64,000 bases of DNA, taken from an uncultured delta proteobacterium. GTDB taxonomy: Bacteria; Desulfobacterota; Binatia; Binatales; Binataceae. The notes under the pieces were generated by a model that did no database searches, was not told the DNA's origin, and was given only the letters and a program-made list of their open reading frames with translations. The stretch lies in NCBI GenBank assembly GCA_963733715.1, contig CAVTEN010000004.1, forward strand, positions 75,109 to 139,108, read 5' to 3'. The translations under genes were made by a program, and so were the position numbers. The number at the start of each line of letters is the position of its first letter. Within the stretch, counting starts at the first letter, position 1. Below, one piece after another: positions 1 to 10,177 of the stretch.

Positions 1-1017
1 TGCTACCGACACCGCCGGCGCCGCGGCGATCTTCTTCGTCGCCGGTGTCGCCGCGGACGCAGCCTGCATCGACGCGCTCGCAGCCGGCGCACCGGTGAGT
101 TTCGCGAGCAAATCCTTCACCTGCGTGCGCGCAGTATCGTCCGGCGCGAGCGCGATCGCCTGCTTGAGGGTGGCGACCGCGTCACCGGGCTTGTTCTCCT
201 GCGCGTACGCGATTCCCATATTGTAGTACGCCTGGAAAAATCCGGGCTTCGCGGTGATTGCCTTCTTGTACTGCACGACTGCCTGGTCGGCGTTGCCGGT
301 GTAGAGATACATCGTGCCGAGGTCGGTGCGAACTTCGGGATCGTCCGGCTTCTTTTTCAGGTAATGCTCGTACGCGGCGACCGCTTCGTCGTACTGCTGC
401 TTGTCATAATCGATATCGCCGATACCGCGCAGCGCGTCGAGGTTGTCGGGATCCAACTTCAGAACATGGCCGTAAGCGTCCTCGGCCTTGCCGTAATAGG
501 ACTGATCGAACATCGCCGCACGCATCGAGACCGCGCCGAATTTGTTCCACGCCGTGACGTCCTTGGGTTTTGCGATCGCGTCGCGTTCGATCTTATCGAC
601 AAAACTGCGAGCCTCCGTCGGCAGCTCCATCTTAGGATGTCCCGGCGGCATACCGCCGTTCTCACTTCCACCCGCCGCCGGATTCGCGGCGACATTCTGA
701 TCCGGCGCCGGCGCATTGGGCGCAGCTCCGGGATTCGAAGGCGGAGCGCCGGCACTTGGCGCGGCGACAGGCGCGCTGGCGATCTGCTCGCGCACGACGT
801 CGGGCGTCTTCATATAAATCCACGCGGCAGCCGCCAGGCCGAAGACCGCGAGCGCGACGAATACGAACACAAATGCGTTGGTGATCGAATTGCGTCCGCG
901 AGCCACGCTGCCGGTTTCGCCCGCGCCCGAAGCCGCGACGTCGAGGGAGCGGCCGCATTCCACGCAGAATTTCGCTCCTGCCAAGAGCGGCGCGCCGCAT
1001 TGAGGACAAAATCGCAT
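1..1017 (-). CDS. Zinc-ribbon + TPR-repeat membrane protein (C-terminus cut by window edge)
   Basis: Absent from the ORF track because the frame stays open to position 1. Reverse ATG at 1015-1017. Translation starts MRFCPQCGAPLLAGAKFCVECG (double CxxC), then one hydrophobic helix, a Pro/Ala linker and TPR-like repeats (AVAAYEHYLKKKPDDPEV, AVVQYKKAITAKPGFFQAYYNMGIAYAQ). The + ORF 364..1035 is its shadow. Confidence 0.75.
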   Translation of the reverse strand, partial: MRFCPQCGAPLLAGAKFCVECGRSLDVAASGAGETGSVARGRNSITNAFVFVFVALAVFGLAAAAWIYMKTPDVVREQIASAPVAAPSAGAPPSNPGAAPNAPAPDQNVAANPAAGGSENGGMPPGHPKMELPTEARSFVDKIERDAIAKPKDVTAWNKFGAVSMRAAMFDQSYYGKAEDAYGHVLKLDPDNLDALRGIGDIDYDKQQYDEAVAAYEHYLKKKPDDPEVRTDLGTMYLYTGNADQAVVQYKKAITAKPGFFQAYYNMGIAYAQENKPGDAVATLKQAIALAPDDTARTQVKDLLAKLTGAPAASASMQAASAATPATKKIAAAPAVSVA

Positions 1018-1137
1018 CAGCAAATTCCTACATGACCGCTTCGTTCCAGCGCAACACGCCCCGATTTTCAGTTCCCGCCTTCAAGGTCCCTGTTGTATAG
1101 TCCCGCCCGAAGTCTATCTTTTGCGAGGCGAAAGACC

Positions 1138-1788
1138 ATGCAGCTCTATGACGCTTTTGGACCCAATCCGCGCGCGATGCGAATGTTCCTGGCCGAGAAA
1201 GGAATCACGATTCCCAGCACCGACGTCGACATGATGACGGCGGAAAATCGCAAGCCGCCCTACACCGATCGCAATCCCGGCGGACAAGTGCCGGCGCTCG
1301 AACTCGACAACGGCAAGTGTATCGGCGAGACCGTCGCGATTTGGGAGTATCTCGAAGAGAAACATCCGACGCCGGCTCTGATCGGCACGACCGCCGAGGA
1401 ACGCGCCGAGGCCCGCCAGTGGCAGCGCCGCGTCGAGCTGCAAATCACCGAGCATCTCTACAACGGCTTCCGCTACTCCGAAGGTTTGCAGATGTTCAAG
1501 GATCGCATGCGCGTTCTGCCCGAGGCGTCCGCCGGTCTGAAGGCTATCGTGCAGGACAAGCTCAAATGGCTCGACCAGCTGCTCGAGGGCAAGCAATACA
1601 TCGCGGGCGATCGCTTCACCGTCGCCGACATCATTTTGTATTGCGCGCTCGACTTCGGCGCCGGCGTCAAGCAGCCGCTCGATCCGTCGCTGAAGAACGT
1701 CAACGCGTGGTTCAAGCGCGTCGATTCGCGTCCGAGCGCGAAGTCGAGCCTGCATCCCGCGGCGGCGAAATTCGGGATGAAGGGATAG
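1138..1788 (+). CDS. Glutathione S-transferase family protein
   Basis: ORF 1093..1788. ATG at 1138 gives MQLYDAFGPNPRAMRMFLAEKG. N-domain has GGQVPALE..ETVAIWEYLEE; C-domain has DRFTVADIILYCAL. Confidence 0.85.
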   Translation: MQLYDAFGPNPRAMRMFLAEKGITIPSTDVDMMTAENRKPPYTDRNPGGQVPALELDNGKCIGETVAIWEYLEEKHPTPALIGTTAEERAEARQWQRRVELQITEHLYNGFRYSEGLQMFKDRMRVLPEASAGLKAIVQDKLKWLDQLLEGKQYIAGDRFTVADIILYCALDFGAGVKQPLDPSLKNVNAWFKRVDSRPSAKSSLHPAAAKFGMKG

Positions 1789-1807
1789 CCGGCGACCAGG
1801 CCTCGCG

Positions 1808-2823
1808 ATGCCCGGTGATATCGAACAGGTAACCGCGCAACTGACCGCACTCGTGCGCGCGAAGACTGGTGACGCTGGCGCGCGTGCGCATTCGCTCGAG
1901 TCGCTGCCAGGTCACGCCGGCTTCAGCTACAGCTTCATCCTCGAGCGCAGCGATCCCGGCGCGAAGCCGGCGGGGAAATATGTCGTGCGCATCGCGCCGC
2001 CTGGCGTGAAAATCTCAGGCCCCGCCGACATCGTGCGACAGGCGCGCGTGATGGCGTCGCTGGCCGACACGCCGGTCGCGGTGCCGCCGATCATCTGGCA
2101 CGGCGACGAGCCCGAGTTTTTCGAGCGTCCATACTTCGTCGGCGGCTATGTCGAGGGATTCAAGCTGGGAGAATCTCCGCTGCCGCTCGCGCACTTGAAA
2201 CGCCTCGCGCGCAGTGGGATCGCGACGATGGCCGCGCTGCACAACGTCGCGTGGGAGCCGCGCCGCGAGGCATGGGGCGAGCCGTTCGCGCTCAGCGAGG
2301 AGCTCAAGCGACTCGACTACCTGCTCGATCGCCCGACGCTCGATCCCGCCGTCGTCGCGCGCGCACCCGAACTTCGCGAGCGATTGCGCTCGAGCCTGCC
2401 CGCAGGCGCGCGCATCGGATGCGTCCACGGCGACTTCCAATGGTCGAACGTGCTGTTCAACGAGGAACGCGTCGTCGCGCTGATCGATTGGGAAATCTCG
2501 CTGGTCGGCGCGACGCTGCTCGACCTCGGCTGGATCTGTTTCTTTTCAGACCCCGGAAGCTGGGTCGGCGTTGACCCGGGCCCGACGTGCGATCGCTGCT
2601 GAACGCCGACGAGATCGTCGACGCGTACGCCGAGGCCGCCGGCTTCCCCGTCTCGATTCCCGAAGTGCGATGGTTCCGCGCATTTGCGGGCTACCGATTC
2701 GGCGTGATCACGTGCTTCAACCTGATGCTGCATCGACGCGGCAAGCGGCACGATCCGTTATGGGAAGAGACCGCTCTTTCGGCGCCGCGGATGTTCGAGC
2801 ACGGCCTCGAACTGTTAGGCTAA
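1808..2823 (+). pseudogene. APH/ChoK-type phosphotransferase family protein, frame broken as assembled
   Basis: 1808..2602 carries the kinase core (CVHGDFQWSNVLF, ALIDWEISLVGATLLDLGW). The conserved C-terminal part (LLNADEIVDAYAEAAG..FRAFAGYRFGVI) continues in a second frame open from 2575 to 2823. The shift lies within 2575-2602 (ccc ggg ccc context). Confidence 0.75.
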
Positions 2824-2864
2824 CGGGCAGTTGCCGTGCGAGACTGCTCATCGGGAGGTACGAC

Positions 2865-4575
2865 ATGGACGTTGCAGCCAAGCGGCAGCCTGAAATTCAG
2901 ACTCCCGAGGAAAACCATCCCGCGCTGAACGCGCTTCTCGGCGCAAATCCGTTCGTCGGCCTCGACGGCACGCAGGTGCTCGGCACGTTGGGGACCCTGC
3001 TGATGCATATCGCGTCGCAACCCGTGACCGTCGGCTCGCGCGCGCTGCAGCTGACGCTCGAACTCGGGCAGATCGTGTCGGGCGTCTCTTCGGTGGCTCC
3101 TGAAGCGGGCGACAAGCGCTTCGGCGATCCCGCCTGGACGCAGCATCCGCTCTACCATCGCCTGATGCAGGCCTATCTCGCGTGGCGCGCTGCGATGCAT
3201 GATCTCGTCAACGAAGATGAAAGCGTCGAGTGGAAGGACGTCGAGCAGCAGAAGTTCGCGCTCACGCTGATGACCGAGGCGCTCGCGCCCACCAACGCGT
3301 TCATGCTCAACCCTGCGGCGCTCAAGCGCGCCTTCGACACTTCGGGGATGAGCGTGCTCTGGGGCCTGCGCAACTTTATCGGCGATCTCTGGAGCAACGG
3401 CGGGATGCCGTCGACGGTGGACAAGCGGCCGTTCGAAGTCGGCAAAAATCTCGCACTCTCGCCCGGCGCGGTCGTGTTCCGAAATCCGCTTTGCGAGGTT
3501 ATTCAATACGCGCCCGCGACCGACAAGGTCTACGAGCGCCCGCTGCTCTTCATCCCACCGCAGATCAACAAGTTCTACATCATGGATCTCGCGCCGGGCC
3601 GCAGCTTCGTCGAGTATGCGGTCAAGCACGGCATCCCGATGTTCACGATCAGCTGGCGCAATCCGACGCCGCACGATCGCAGCTGGGGACTCGACGAATA
3701 CGTGAACGCTTGCAAAGACGCGATCGCGGCGGCCTGCGAGATCAGCGGCAGTGCGGACTGCAACGTGCTCGGCGTATGCGCCGGCGGCATCACGACGTCG
3801 CTTATGCTCGGGCATCTGGCGGCGTCGGGCGACAAGCGCGTCAACGCGGTGACGCTGCTGGTGACGATGCTCGATACGAGTCTGCCCTCGATGACCGGGA
3901 TGTTCGCGACCGAGGACGCGATCAATGCTGCGCGCGATCGCTCGGCGGAAAAGGGCGTGCTCGACGGCAATGAAATGGCGCGCATCTTCGCCTGGCTGCG
4001 TCCCAACGATCTGGTGTGGAACTATTGGGTCAACAATTACCTGATGGGCAACGATCCCGCGGCGTTCGACATCCTATATTGGAATGCTGACTCGACCAAT
4101 CTTCCGGCCAATCTCCATGCGGGCTTTCTGGATCTGTTCCTGAGAAATCCGCTGACCCACGGCGGCGTAGTCGTCGGTGCTCGACACGCCGATCGATTTG
4201 CGCGCGGTGAAAAATGATCTCTATCTCGTCGCAGGCATGACCGATCACATCTGCGCCTGGCGCGCATGCTATCGCTCGACCCGGATGTTCGGCGGACGAA
4301 TCGAATTCGTGCTCGGATCCAGCGGCCACATCCAGAGCCTCGTCAATCCGCCGGGCAACTTTAAAGCCCGCTACTACGTCGGCACGCGCCTCCCCGAAGA
4401 TCCCGACGAATGGGCGAAGAGCGCAGTCGAGAACAAGGGTTCGTGGTGGGATCACTGGATCAAGTGGCTAGCCGCGCGTTCAGGCAACGAACGCCCAGCA
4501 TCAAAGTCCCTGGGCAGCGAGTTGTACAAGGCAGGAGAACCTGCACCAGGCCTCTACGTCCACGAACGCCACTAA
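2865..4575 (+). pseudogene. phaC: Class I polyhydroxyalkanoate synthase, frame broken as assembled
   Basis: ATG 2865 follows GGGAGG. Motifs: RFGDPAWTQHPLY, lipase-like box GVCAGG, FAWLRPNDLVWNYWVNNYL. After ..FLRNPLTHGGVVVG the conserved TPIDLRAVKNDLYLVAGMTDHICAW..GHIQSLVNPP continues in the frame of ORF 4177..4575. The shift lies within 4171-4186. Confidence 0.85.
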
Positions 4576-4598
4576 ACGTTGCGGCGTTCTCATCCCGT

Positions 4599-4640
4599 CC
4601 GGTTCCCCTTCCCACCATGGGAAGGGGTTAGGGGTTAGGT
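4599..4640 (+). repeat. Family B palindromic repeat (CCGGTTCCCCTTCCCA-N-TGGGAAGGGG + TTAGGGGTTAGG), copy 1
   Basis: CCGGTTCCCCTTCCCACCATGGGAAGGGGTTAGGGGTTAGGT lies between the convergent phaC and lutA stops. Near-identical copies at 58751 and, inverted, at 38034, 56668 and 61755. Confidence 0.85.
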
Positions 4641-5362
4641 CACCGCGCCGCCAGCACCTCCGCCAGATGACGCAGCTCGAGCTTCTCGCCGGCGCGGCTC
4701 AGGCCTCCGCCGATCTGCATCAGGCATCCGCAATCGTTCGCGACCACGACCTCGGCGCCGCTCTCTTTGATGCGCGCCATCTTGTCCTCGAGCATCGACG
4801 CCGAGATGTCCGGGAACTTCACCGAGAACATCCCGCCGAAGCCGCAGCACTCCTCGCGATCGCGCAGCTCGCAAATTTTGATTCCCGCCACCGCGCTCAG
4901 CAGCGTCATCGGCTCGGCGCGCACGCCCAGCTCGCGCATCAGATGACATGACGGATGATACGCAACAGCTCGCTCGTAGCGCGCGCCGAGATACTTCACC
5001 TTCAGCACGTTGACGATAAATTGCGACAGCTCGAACACCCACGGACGAATCGCCGTCGCCTTGGCGGCGAGCGCGGGATCGTCGGCGAGCAAGTCGCCGT
5101 AGAAAATCTTCAGCATGCTGGTGCATGAGCCCGACGGCACGACTATTGGAACGTCCGGCTGGACCGAGTTCAGGAATCGTCGCGCGAGATCGACCGCCTC
5201 TTCGCGCATTCCCTCATTGAACGCGACCTGCCCGCAACAGAACGCGCCGCGCACGGGAGTCACCTTGAGCCGCAGTCGCTCGAGCACGGTTGCGGCAGCG
5301 TCGTTGACCTCGGGAAAGAATTCCTCGGCGAGGCAGGTCGAGAATAGTTGTACTTCAGTCAT
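4640..5362 (-). CDS. lutA: Lactate utilization protein A, (Fe-S) oxidoreductase with CCG cysteine-rich domains
   Basis: MTEVQLFSTCLAEEFFPEV..CCGQVAFNEG..CCGFGGMFSVKFP..VVVANDCGCLMQIGGG, typical of LutA/YkgE. Last gene of a minus-strand lutB-lutC-lutA run. Confidence 0.85.
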   Translation of the reverse strand: MTEVQLFSTCLAEEFFPEVNDAAATVLERLRLKVTPVRGAFCCGQVAFNEGMREEAVDLARRFLNSVQPDVPIVVPSGSCTSMLKIFYGDLLADDPALAAKATAIRPWVFELSQFIVNVLKVKYLGARYERAVAYHPSCHLMRELGVRAEPMTLLSAVAGIKICELRDREECCGFGGMFSVKFPDISASMLEDKMARIKESGAEVVVANDCGCLMQIGGGLSRAGEKLELRHLAEVLAAR

Positions 5363-6047
5363 CGCGCGGCCACATCACGATCACATGCAATGATTTCGGG
5401 CCGTGGACGCCAAGCACGATTCGCTTCTCGATATCGGCCGTTCTGCTCGGGCCAGTGATCAACGTCAAGCGATTCGCTGCGACGCCGGCCGGTCCCATCT
5501 CGGCGAGCACATCCGCGAGATTCGGCATCACGCGATCGATCTGAACGATAACCAGGCTCGCCGGCGGCAGCAGCGTGAGCGAACCGGGCCGATTCGCGTT
5601 TGAAACGACGGCAAGAGTGCCGGTCGAGGCGATCGCGAAGTCTGCCTCGGCGATGCCGAGGTCGGCATCCGCGACGCGCGAGCGCATCGCGGCGCGCTCG
5701 GTGTCCGCGACCGGCAAGGTGCGAACGATCCTGAAGTCCGCGCGCTCGAGGGCCTCGCCAATCGCGTCCGTGTCAATCGCGACGCCTTGTCCAAGCGCGA
5801 CTGTTTTCGCGCCGATCTCGCCGGCGAGACTGACTATTCGATTAGTCACTTCGGCTGGACTGAGTATTCCGAGAAACTTGCCGCCGACCTCTTCGAGCTC
5901 GCGTGCAAATGCCGATGCGAGTTCCGCGCGCTGCGCAGAGGGCGACACAGGCACCGCAGCGGTGGTATCCGTGGGATGCGAGTTGTTCCGCGCGCCGGCG
6001 CCGAGCGCGTCCTTTACGCTCGCGATTATTTTGTGCTGCTCGGCCAC
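5355..6047 (-). CDS. lutC: Lactate utilization protein C (LUD domain)
   Basis: C-terminal 230 codons of ORF 5355..6539. GTG at 6045-6047 sits 3 nt after the lutB stop (6050). ..DLGIAEADFAIASTGTLAVVSNANRPGSLTLLPP..TADIEKRIVLGVHGP. Confidence 0.75.
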   Translation of the reverse strand: MAEQHKIIASVKDALGAGARNNSHPTDTTAAVPVSPSAQRAELASAFARELEEVGGKFLGILSPAEVTNRIVSLAGEIGAKTVALGQGVAIDTDAIGEALERADFRIVRTLPVADTERAAMRSRVADADLGIAEADFAIASTGTLAVVSNANRPGSLTLLPPASLVIVQIDRVMPNLADVLAEMGPAGVAANRLTLITGPSRTADIEKRIVLGVHGPKSLHVIVMWPRDD

Positions 6048-6049
6048 GT

Positions 6050-7474
6050 TCAGCCTGGCGGCCGCTCCGGCTCGGGCCGCTTGTGCGGCCGTGGCCGTGG
6101 GAAGTCGCGATACTTGGTCCAGTTGCCGAACGGTCCCGGCATCCGGCGCAGATAACCGTTGTGCGCGAATGGCTTCAGCAGCACCGCGGCAAATTTTCCG
6201 AGCAGTCGAATCGTCCGCGGATGTCGCGCCGTCGTGGCAAAGCGTCGCGCTCCTCGCCGCGCCTTCTCGATCTTGCGCGGCCATTTGAGCGGATGCTTGC
6301 CGGTGCTCTCTTTCCATCGAAGATGCAGCAGGATTCGCGGGATGTCGATCTTCACAGGACAGATGTCCTTGCACGCGCCGCACAGCGTCGACGCAAACGG
6401 CAGGTATCCCGCGGCGCTGCCGAAAAGATTTGGACTGACTATTGATCCGATCGGTCCCGGATACACCGAGCCATAGGCGTGGCCGCCGATGCGCCGGTAA
6501 ATCGGGCATACGTTCAGGCACGCGCCGCATCGGATGCAATTCAGCGCCTCGCGCAGTACTGGATCGGCAATCATCGAGCTGCGCCCGTTGTCGAGAATCA
6601 CCACGTGCATCTCGCCCGGCCCGTCGAGCTCGCCCTCGCGCCGCGGTCCCGTGATGAAGCTGGTGTAGGTAGTCAGTTTTTGCCCGGTCGCAGTGCGCGC
6701 GAGAATTTCCAGGAAATGGCTAAGGTCTTCGAGGCGCGGGATGACCTTTTCGATGCCCATCACCGCCACGAACGTCTCCGGCATCGTGCTCGACAGGCGG
6801 CCGTTGCCCTCGTTCTCGACGACGATGAGCGTGCCGGTTTCCGCGATCGCAAAATTGACCCCGGTAACTCCGAAGTCTGCCGCGAGAAAAATCGCGCGCA
6901 ATCGCGATCGCGCTTCCGCTGTGAGTTTTTCAGGCTCCGCGGTGTACTCGATGCCGAACTTCTCGGTGAAGAGCTGTCCGATATCTTCCTTCGACAGATG
7001 AATCGCGGGCGTGATGATATGCGACGGACGCTCGCCGCGAAGCTGCACGATATATTCGCCAAGATCGGTCTCGACCGCGTCGATTCCCGCGTGCGCGAGC
7101 GCATCGTTGAGATCGATTTCCTCGGTCGTCATCGACTTGCCCTTGACGACGTTGGTCGCGCCCTTGGCCTTCGCCAGCGCGACGATATAGTCGCGCGCCT
7201 GGGCCGCGTCCTCGGCGAAGAACACCTTGCATCCCTGCGCTTCGAGCTTCGAGGTCAGCTCGATCAGCAATTCGTCGAGATGCGCGATCGCGTCGGTCTT
7301 GATTCGATGCGCCGCCTCGCGCTCGTCGTCGTACGGCGGGAAGTCCGCTTTGACTTGCGCGAAGTGATCGAGATGCCGCGCGCTGGCGCTCTCGAGCTTG
7401 CGCCGCAATTCATGGTCGCCGACGGCGGCGCTGCTCGACTCGAAGAAATCGTGTGCTTTCGGAGATTCAGACAT
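6050..7474 (-). CDS. lutB: Lactate utilization protein B, 4Fe-4S LUD-domain protein
   Basis: 474 aa. ADFGVTGVNFAIAETGTLIVVENEGNGRL, ferredoxin motifs CIRCGACLNVCPIY and CGACKDICPVKIDIP. Confidence 0.9.
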   Translation of the reverse strand: MSESPKAHDFFESSSAAVGDHELRRKLESASARHLDHFAQVKADFPPYDDEREAAHRIKTDAIAHLDELLIELTSKLEAQGCKVFFAEDAAQARDYIVALAKAKGATNVVKGKSMTTEEIDLNDALAHAGIDAVETDLGEYIVQLRGERPSHIITPAIHLSKEDIGQLFTEKFGIEYTAEPEKLTAEARSRLRAIFLAADFGVTGVNFAIAETGTLIVVENEGNGRLSSTMPETFVAVMGIEKVIPRLEDLSHFLEILARTATGQKLTTYTSFITGPRREGELDGPGEMHVVILDNGRSSMIADPVLREALNCIRCGACLNVCPIYRRIGGHAYGSVYPGPIGSIVSPNLFGSAAGYLPFASTLCGACKDICPVKIDIPRILLHLRWKESTGKHPLKWPRKIEKARRGARRFATTARHPRTIRLLGKFAAVLLKPFAHNGYLRRMPGPFGNWTKYRDFPRPRPHKRPEPERPPG

Positions 7475-7515
7475 CCAGGTTGTCGCGCGTCAGTTGTCGG
7501 ATGTTGAGCGCAACT

Positions 7516-8340
7516 TTAGTTTATCAGAGCGACTTGCCGAATCAGGCGCATCACCGCTTCGCGCGCAGCCTCGGCCGCGGGATGCTCGGGCGCCTGCGAA
7601 AGAAAACTCTGGTAGTCGTCGAGCGCCGGCTTGAAGCATTCGAGCCGCTCGAACAGGCTGCCGCGCTCGACCAGCTCGTCGAGCGCACGCGGCTCGAGCA
7701 TGATGATTCGATCGAGGGCCGCCAGCGCGCGGGTCCAATCCGACGCGCCCATATAAATGATCTTCAGGTTGGTCAGCATCCGCGCCAGGATGTGACGCGC
7801 GCCGCGCGCCTTCAGCATCGCGGGATTCAATTCGACCGGTTGTCCGAAGATTTGCGTCAGCCGCGCGCGAATCTCGTCGAGCGCGAGAATCTTTCCGCCA
7901 ACGAATGGATCGATAATCAGCTCGCCGCGCTCGTCGACCGCCTTGACCAGGAAATGATTCGGGAACGAGACGCCGTAAAGATTGATGCCGAGCCGGCGGC
8001 CGACTTCGAGATAGACCACCGACAGCGTGATCGGAATTCCGAGCCGGCGATTGATCACGTCGTTGAGAAACGAGTTGCGCGGATCGTTGTAATTTTCGGC
8101 GTTGCCCTCGAAGCCCTTCAGCTCGAACAGAAAGTGCGACAGCAACTGGATGCGCTCGACGGTGTCCTCGCCCGCGCGCACGATCGGCTCGGCCTCGCGC
8201 GCAAGAGTCGCGATCTTGTCGAGATACTCGTCGATGTCGAGATTCGGGTACTCCTCTTTCGCGATCAGCAGCGCGCCGCGAGCCAGTGGCACCGGCTCTT
8301 TGGCTGCAATCATCGCAAATTCCCGTCGTGCATCGTTCAT
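7516..8340 (-). CDS. SirB1/YchA-like protein (transglutaminase-like N-domain + TPR)
   Basis: ATG at 8338-8340 (MNDARREFAMIAAKE). ..LSHFLFELKGFEGNAENYNDPRNSFLNDVINRRLGIPITLSVVYLEVGRRLG..FPNHFLV.. then a TPR-like C-terminus. Confidence 0.7.
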   Translation of the reverse strand: MNDARREFAMIAAKEPVPLARGALLIAKEEYPNLDIDEYLDKIATLAREAEPIVRAGEDTVERIQLLSHFLFELKGFEGNAENYNDPRNSFLNDVINRRLGIPITLSVVYLEVGRRLGINLYGVSFPNHFLVKAVDERGELIIDPFVGGKILALDEIRARLTQIFGQPVELNPAMLKARGARHILARMLTNLKIIYMGASDWTRALAALDRIIMLEPRALDELVERGSLFERLECFKPALDDYQSFLSQAPEHPAAEAAREAVMRLIRQVALIN

Positions 8341-8401
8341 CTTAAGGGCACCGTTCGTTACCAGTGTTGCTTTGCCGCAATGCTTTGACAAGCGCCAGCG
8401 C

Positions 8402-9511
8402 TCAGTTTGTTTCGAGCGCGGCTGCTGCCTCCCTGCGCACCGCAGTATCGCGGTCGCGGAGCGCGCGCTCGAGCGCACGGCGGGCAGCGCTTCCACCGAT
8501 CTCGCCGAGCGCCCATGCGGCATGCGACCGAATCAGCGGCTCCGACTCGGACTCAATCGAGCGTGTGAGGGGAGCTACCGCGTCGGGATTTCTGGTATTG
8601 CCGAGGGCAACCGCTACGTTGCGCAACAACCCGCGCCGCTTGGCGCGCTTCACCGCGCTCACCGTGAAGCGCTGGCCGAACTCTTCTTCGCTCAGCGCCA
8701 GCAGCTCGGGCAAACGCGGCAGCCGATCGTCCACGCCATCGCCAGACGCATGCTGATCGTTCCACGGACACACGTCGTTGCAGATATCGCAGCCGAAGAT
8801 CCAGTTACCGAGCTTCGAGCGCAGCTCGCGCGGAATCGCGCCGCGATTTTCGATTGTCTGATACGAGATGCATAGGTCCGAGCGCATCACATAACCGTCG
8901 GCGAGCGCGCCAGTGGGGCACAGATCGAGGCATCGCCGGCAGGTCCCGCAATGCTCGCGATAAGGCTCAACCGGCACGTCGAATTCGACGTCGGTGAAAA
9001 TCTCGGCGAGAAAAAAATACGAACCCTGGTCGCGGTTCAGAATCATGGTGTTCTTGCCGAACCATCCGATGCGCCCGGCCGACGCCCATTCGCGCTCGAA
9101 GACCGGCCCGGTGTCGACGTAGGTGCGCGTGATCGAGCCGGGACGCAGTTGGCGAATTATGTTGCCGACCGCGCGCGCCCGCTTTTTGACGACGTCGTGA
9201 TAGTCGCGGCCAAGCGCGTACGCCGCGATTCTCCCGCGCATCTCGGCGCGCCAGTCGAGGTTGGGCGTGGCGCGCGCGGCGTATGGATAGCCGAGACTGA
9301 CGACGGATTTGTAGCGCGGGTCGAGGCGGCGAGGGTCGAAGCGGCGCTCAGGCTCCCGCGCGAGGTAGGTCATCGACGCGTTGCCGCCGTCGGCGAGCCA
9401 TTGTCGATAGAACTCCTCGCGCTCGGCTAGCGGCTGAAGCGTCGCGAATCCAACCAGCAAGAATCCCAATTCGTGGGCGGTTCGCACTAGGGTTTCTCGC
9501 AGAAAATCCAT
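8402..9511 (-). CDS. queG: Epoxyqueuosine reductase
   Basis: MDFLRETLVRTAHELGFLLVGFA, MTYLAREPERR, GWFGKNTMILN, CGTCRRCLDLCPTGAL, CNDVCPWN, HEAT-like tail AAWALGEIG. Confidence 0.88.
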   Translation of the reverse strand: MDFLRETLVRTAHELGFLLVGFATLQPLAEREEFYRQWLADGGNASMTYLAREPERRFDPRRLDPRYKSVVSLGYPYAARATPNLDWRAEMRGRIAAYALGRDYHDVVKKRARAVGNIIRQLRPGSITRTYVDTGPVFEREWASAGRIGWFGKNTMILNRDQGSYFFLAEIFTDVEFDVPVEPYREHCGTCRRCLDLCPTGALADGYVMRSDLCISYQTIENRGAIPRELRSKLGNWIFGCDICNDVCPWNDQHASGDGVDDRLPRLPELLALSEEEFGQRFTVSAVKRAKRRGLLRNVAVALGNTRNPDAVAPLTRSIESESEPLIRSHAAWALGEIGGSAARRALERALRDRDTAVRREAAAALETN

Positions 9512-9656
9512 GGCTACAGCAAAACGCTAGCATTCAGCAGGGCTTCTTGCGCCGATAATTGTGGATGCATTGACTCGACTATTTGCTATGATTAGTTTCT
9601 GAGTTGAGGCGCAGGATTGAATTGTAAGCGCTGCTTACTGGAGGTTTCTACCGAAA

Positions 9657-10094
9657 ATGGCTGAAGGACTTCATATCGAGCATCATGGGCACGAGCATGA
9701 GCACGAGAATGGGCACGAGCATGTCGAGCAGCAGGCGTCCGCCCAGCCTATAGACAACGCGTCGTTGCCGGATGTGAATCTGACGCCCAAGGCGATCGAG
9801 ATGGTGGGCAAGATGCACGCGAAGGAAGGCCTAAGCGCGAACCATGGAATGCGAATCGGCGTGGTCGGTGGAGGCTGCTCCGGCTTTCAATATTCGTTGA
9901 ACTTCGACACCCAGAAAGAAGGCGACCGGGTGACGGATTTCGGCGGCGTGCTGGTGCTGGTCGACGAAATTTCGCTGCCGTATATCGCGGGCACGACGCT
10001 CGACTACGTCGAGGGACTGCACGGCGCGGGATTTCGATTTGACAATCCTCGCGCGAGCCGCACCTGCGGATGCGGGTCGTCGTTCAGCGCGTAG
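9657..10094 (+). CDS. erpA: HesB/IscA/ErpA-type Fe-S cluster insertion protein with His-rich N-terminal extension
   Basis: Core GMRIGVVGGGCSGFQYSLNFD .. GAGFRFDNPRASRTCGCGSSFSA, preceded by HIEHHGHEHEHENGHEH. Confidence 0.85.
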   Translation: MAEGLHIEHHGHEHEHENGHEHVEQQASAQPIDNASLPDVNLTPKAIEMVGKMHAKEGLSANHGMRIGVVGGGCSGFQYSLNFDTQKEGDRVTDFGGVLVLVDEISLPYIAGTTLDYVEGLHGAGFRFDNPRASRTCGCGSSFSA

Positions 10095-10177
10095 CACCTA
10101 GCATTGAATTGCTTTACCAGGCCGCTCCGACAGGGGCGGCCTTTTTCTTTTCAAGAAAGGGCGTGTTAACTGGATCG

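Noticed and set aside
364-1035. Many long ORFs in the track that lie antisense to, or out of frame with, clearly conserved genes. Examples: 364..1035 +, 2820..3815 -, 16242..17357 -, 17462..18463 -, 19322..20926 -, 21520..22707 +, 27539..28552 -, 47147..48427 -, 48739..49668 -, 60455..61606 -, 61779..62786 +.
   Set aside because: These are typical shadow ORFs of GC-rich DNA. They are Arg/Ala/Pro/Gly-rich with no recognisable motifs, and each is fully overlapped by a gene with strong family signatures on the other strand or frame.
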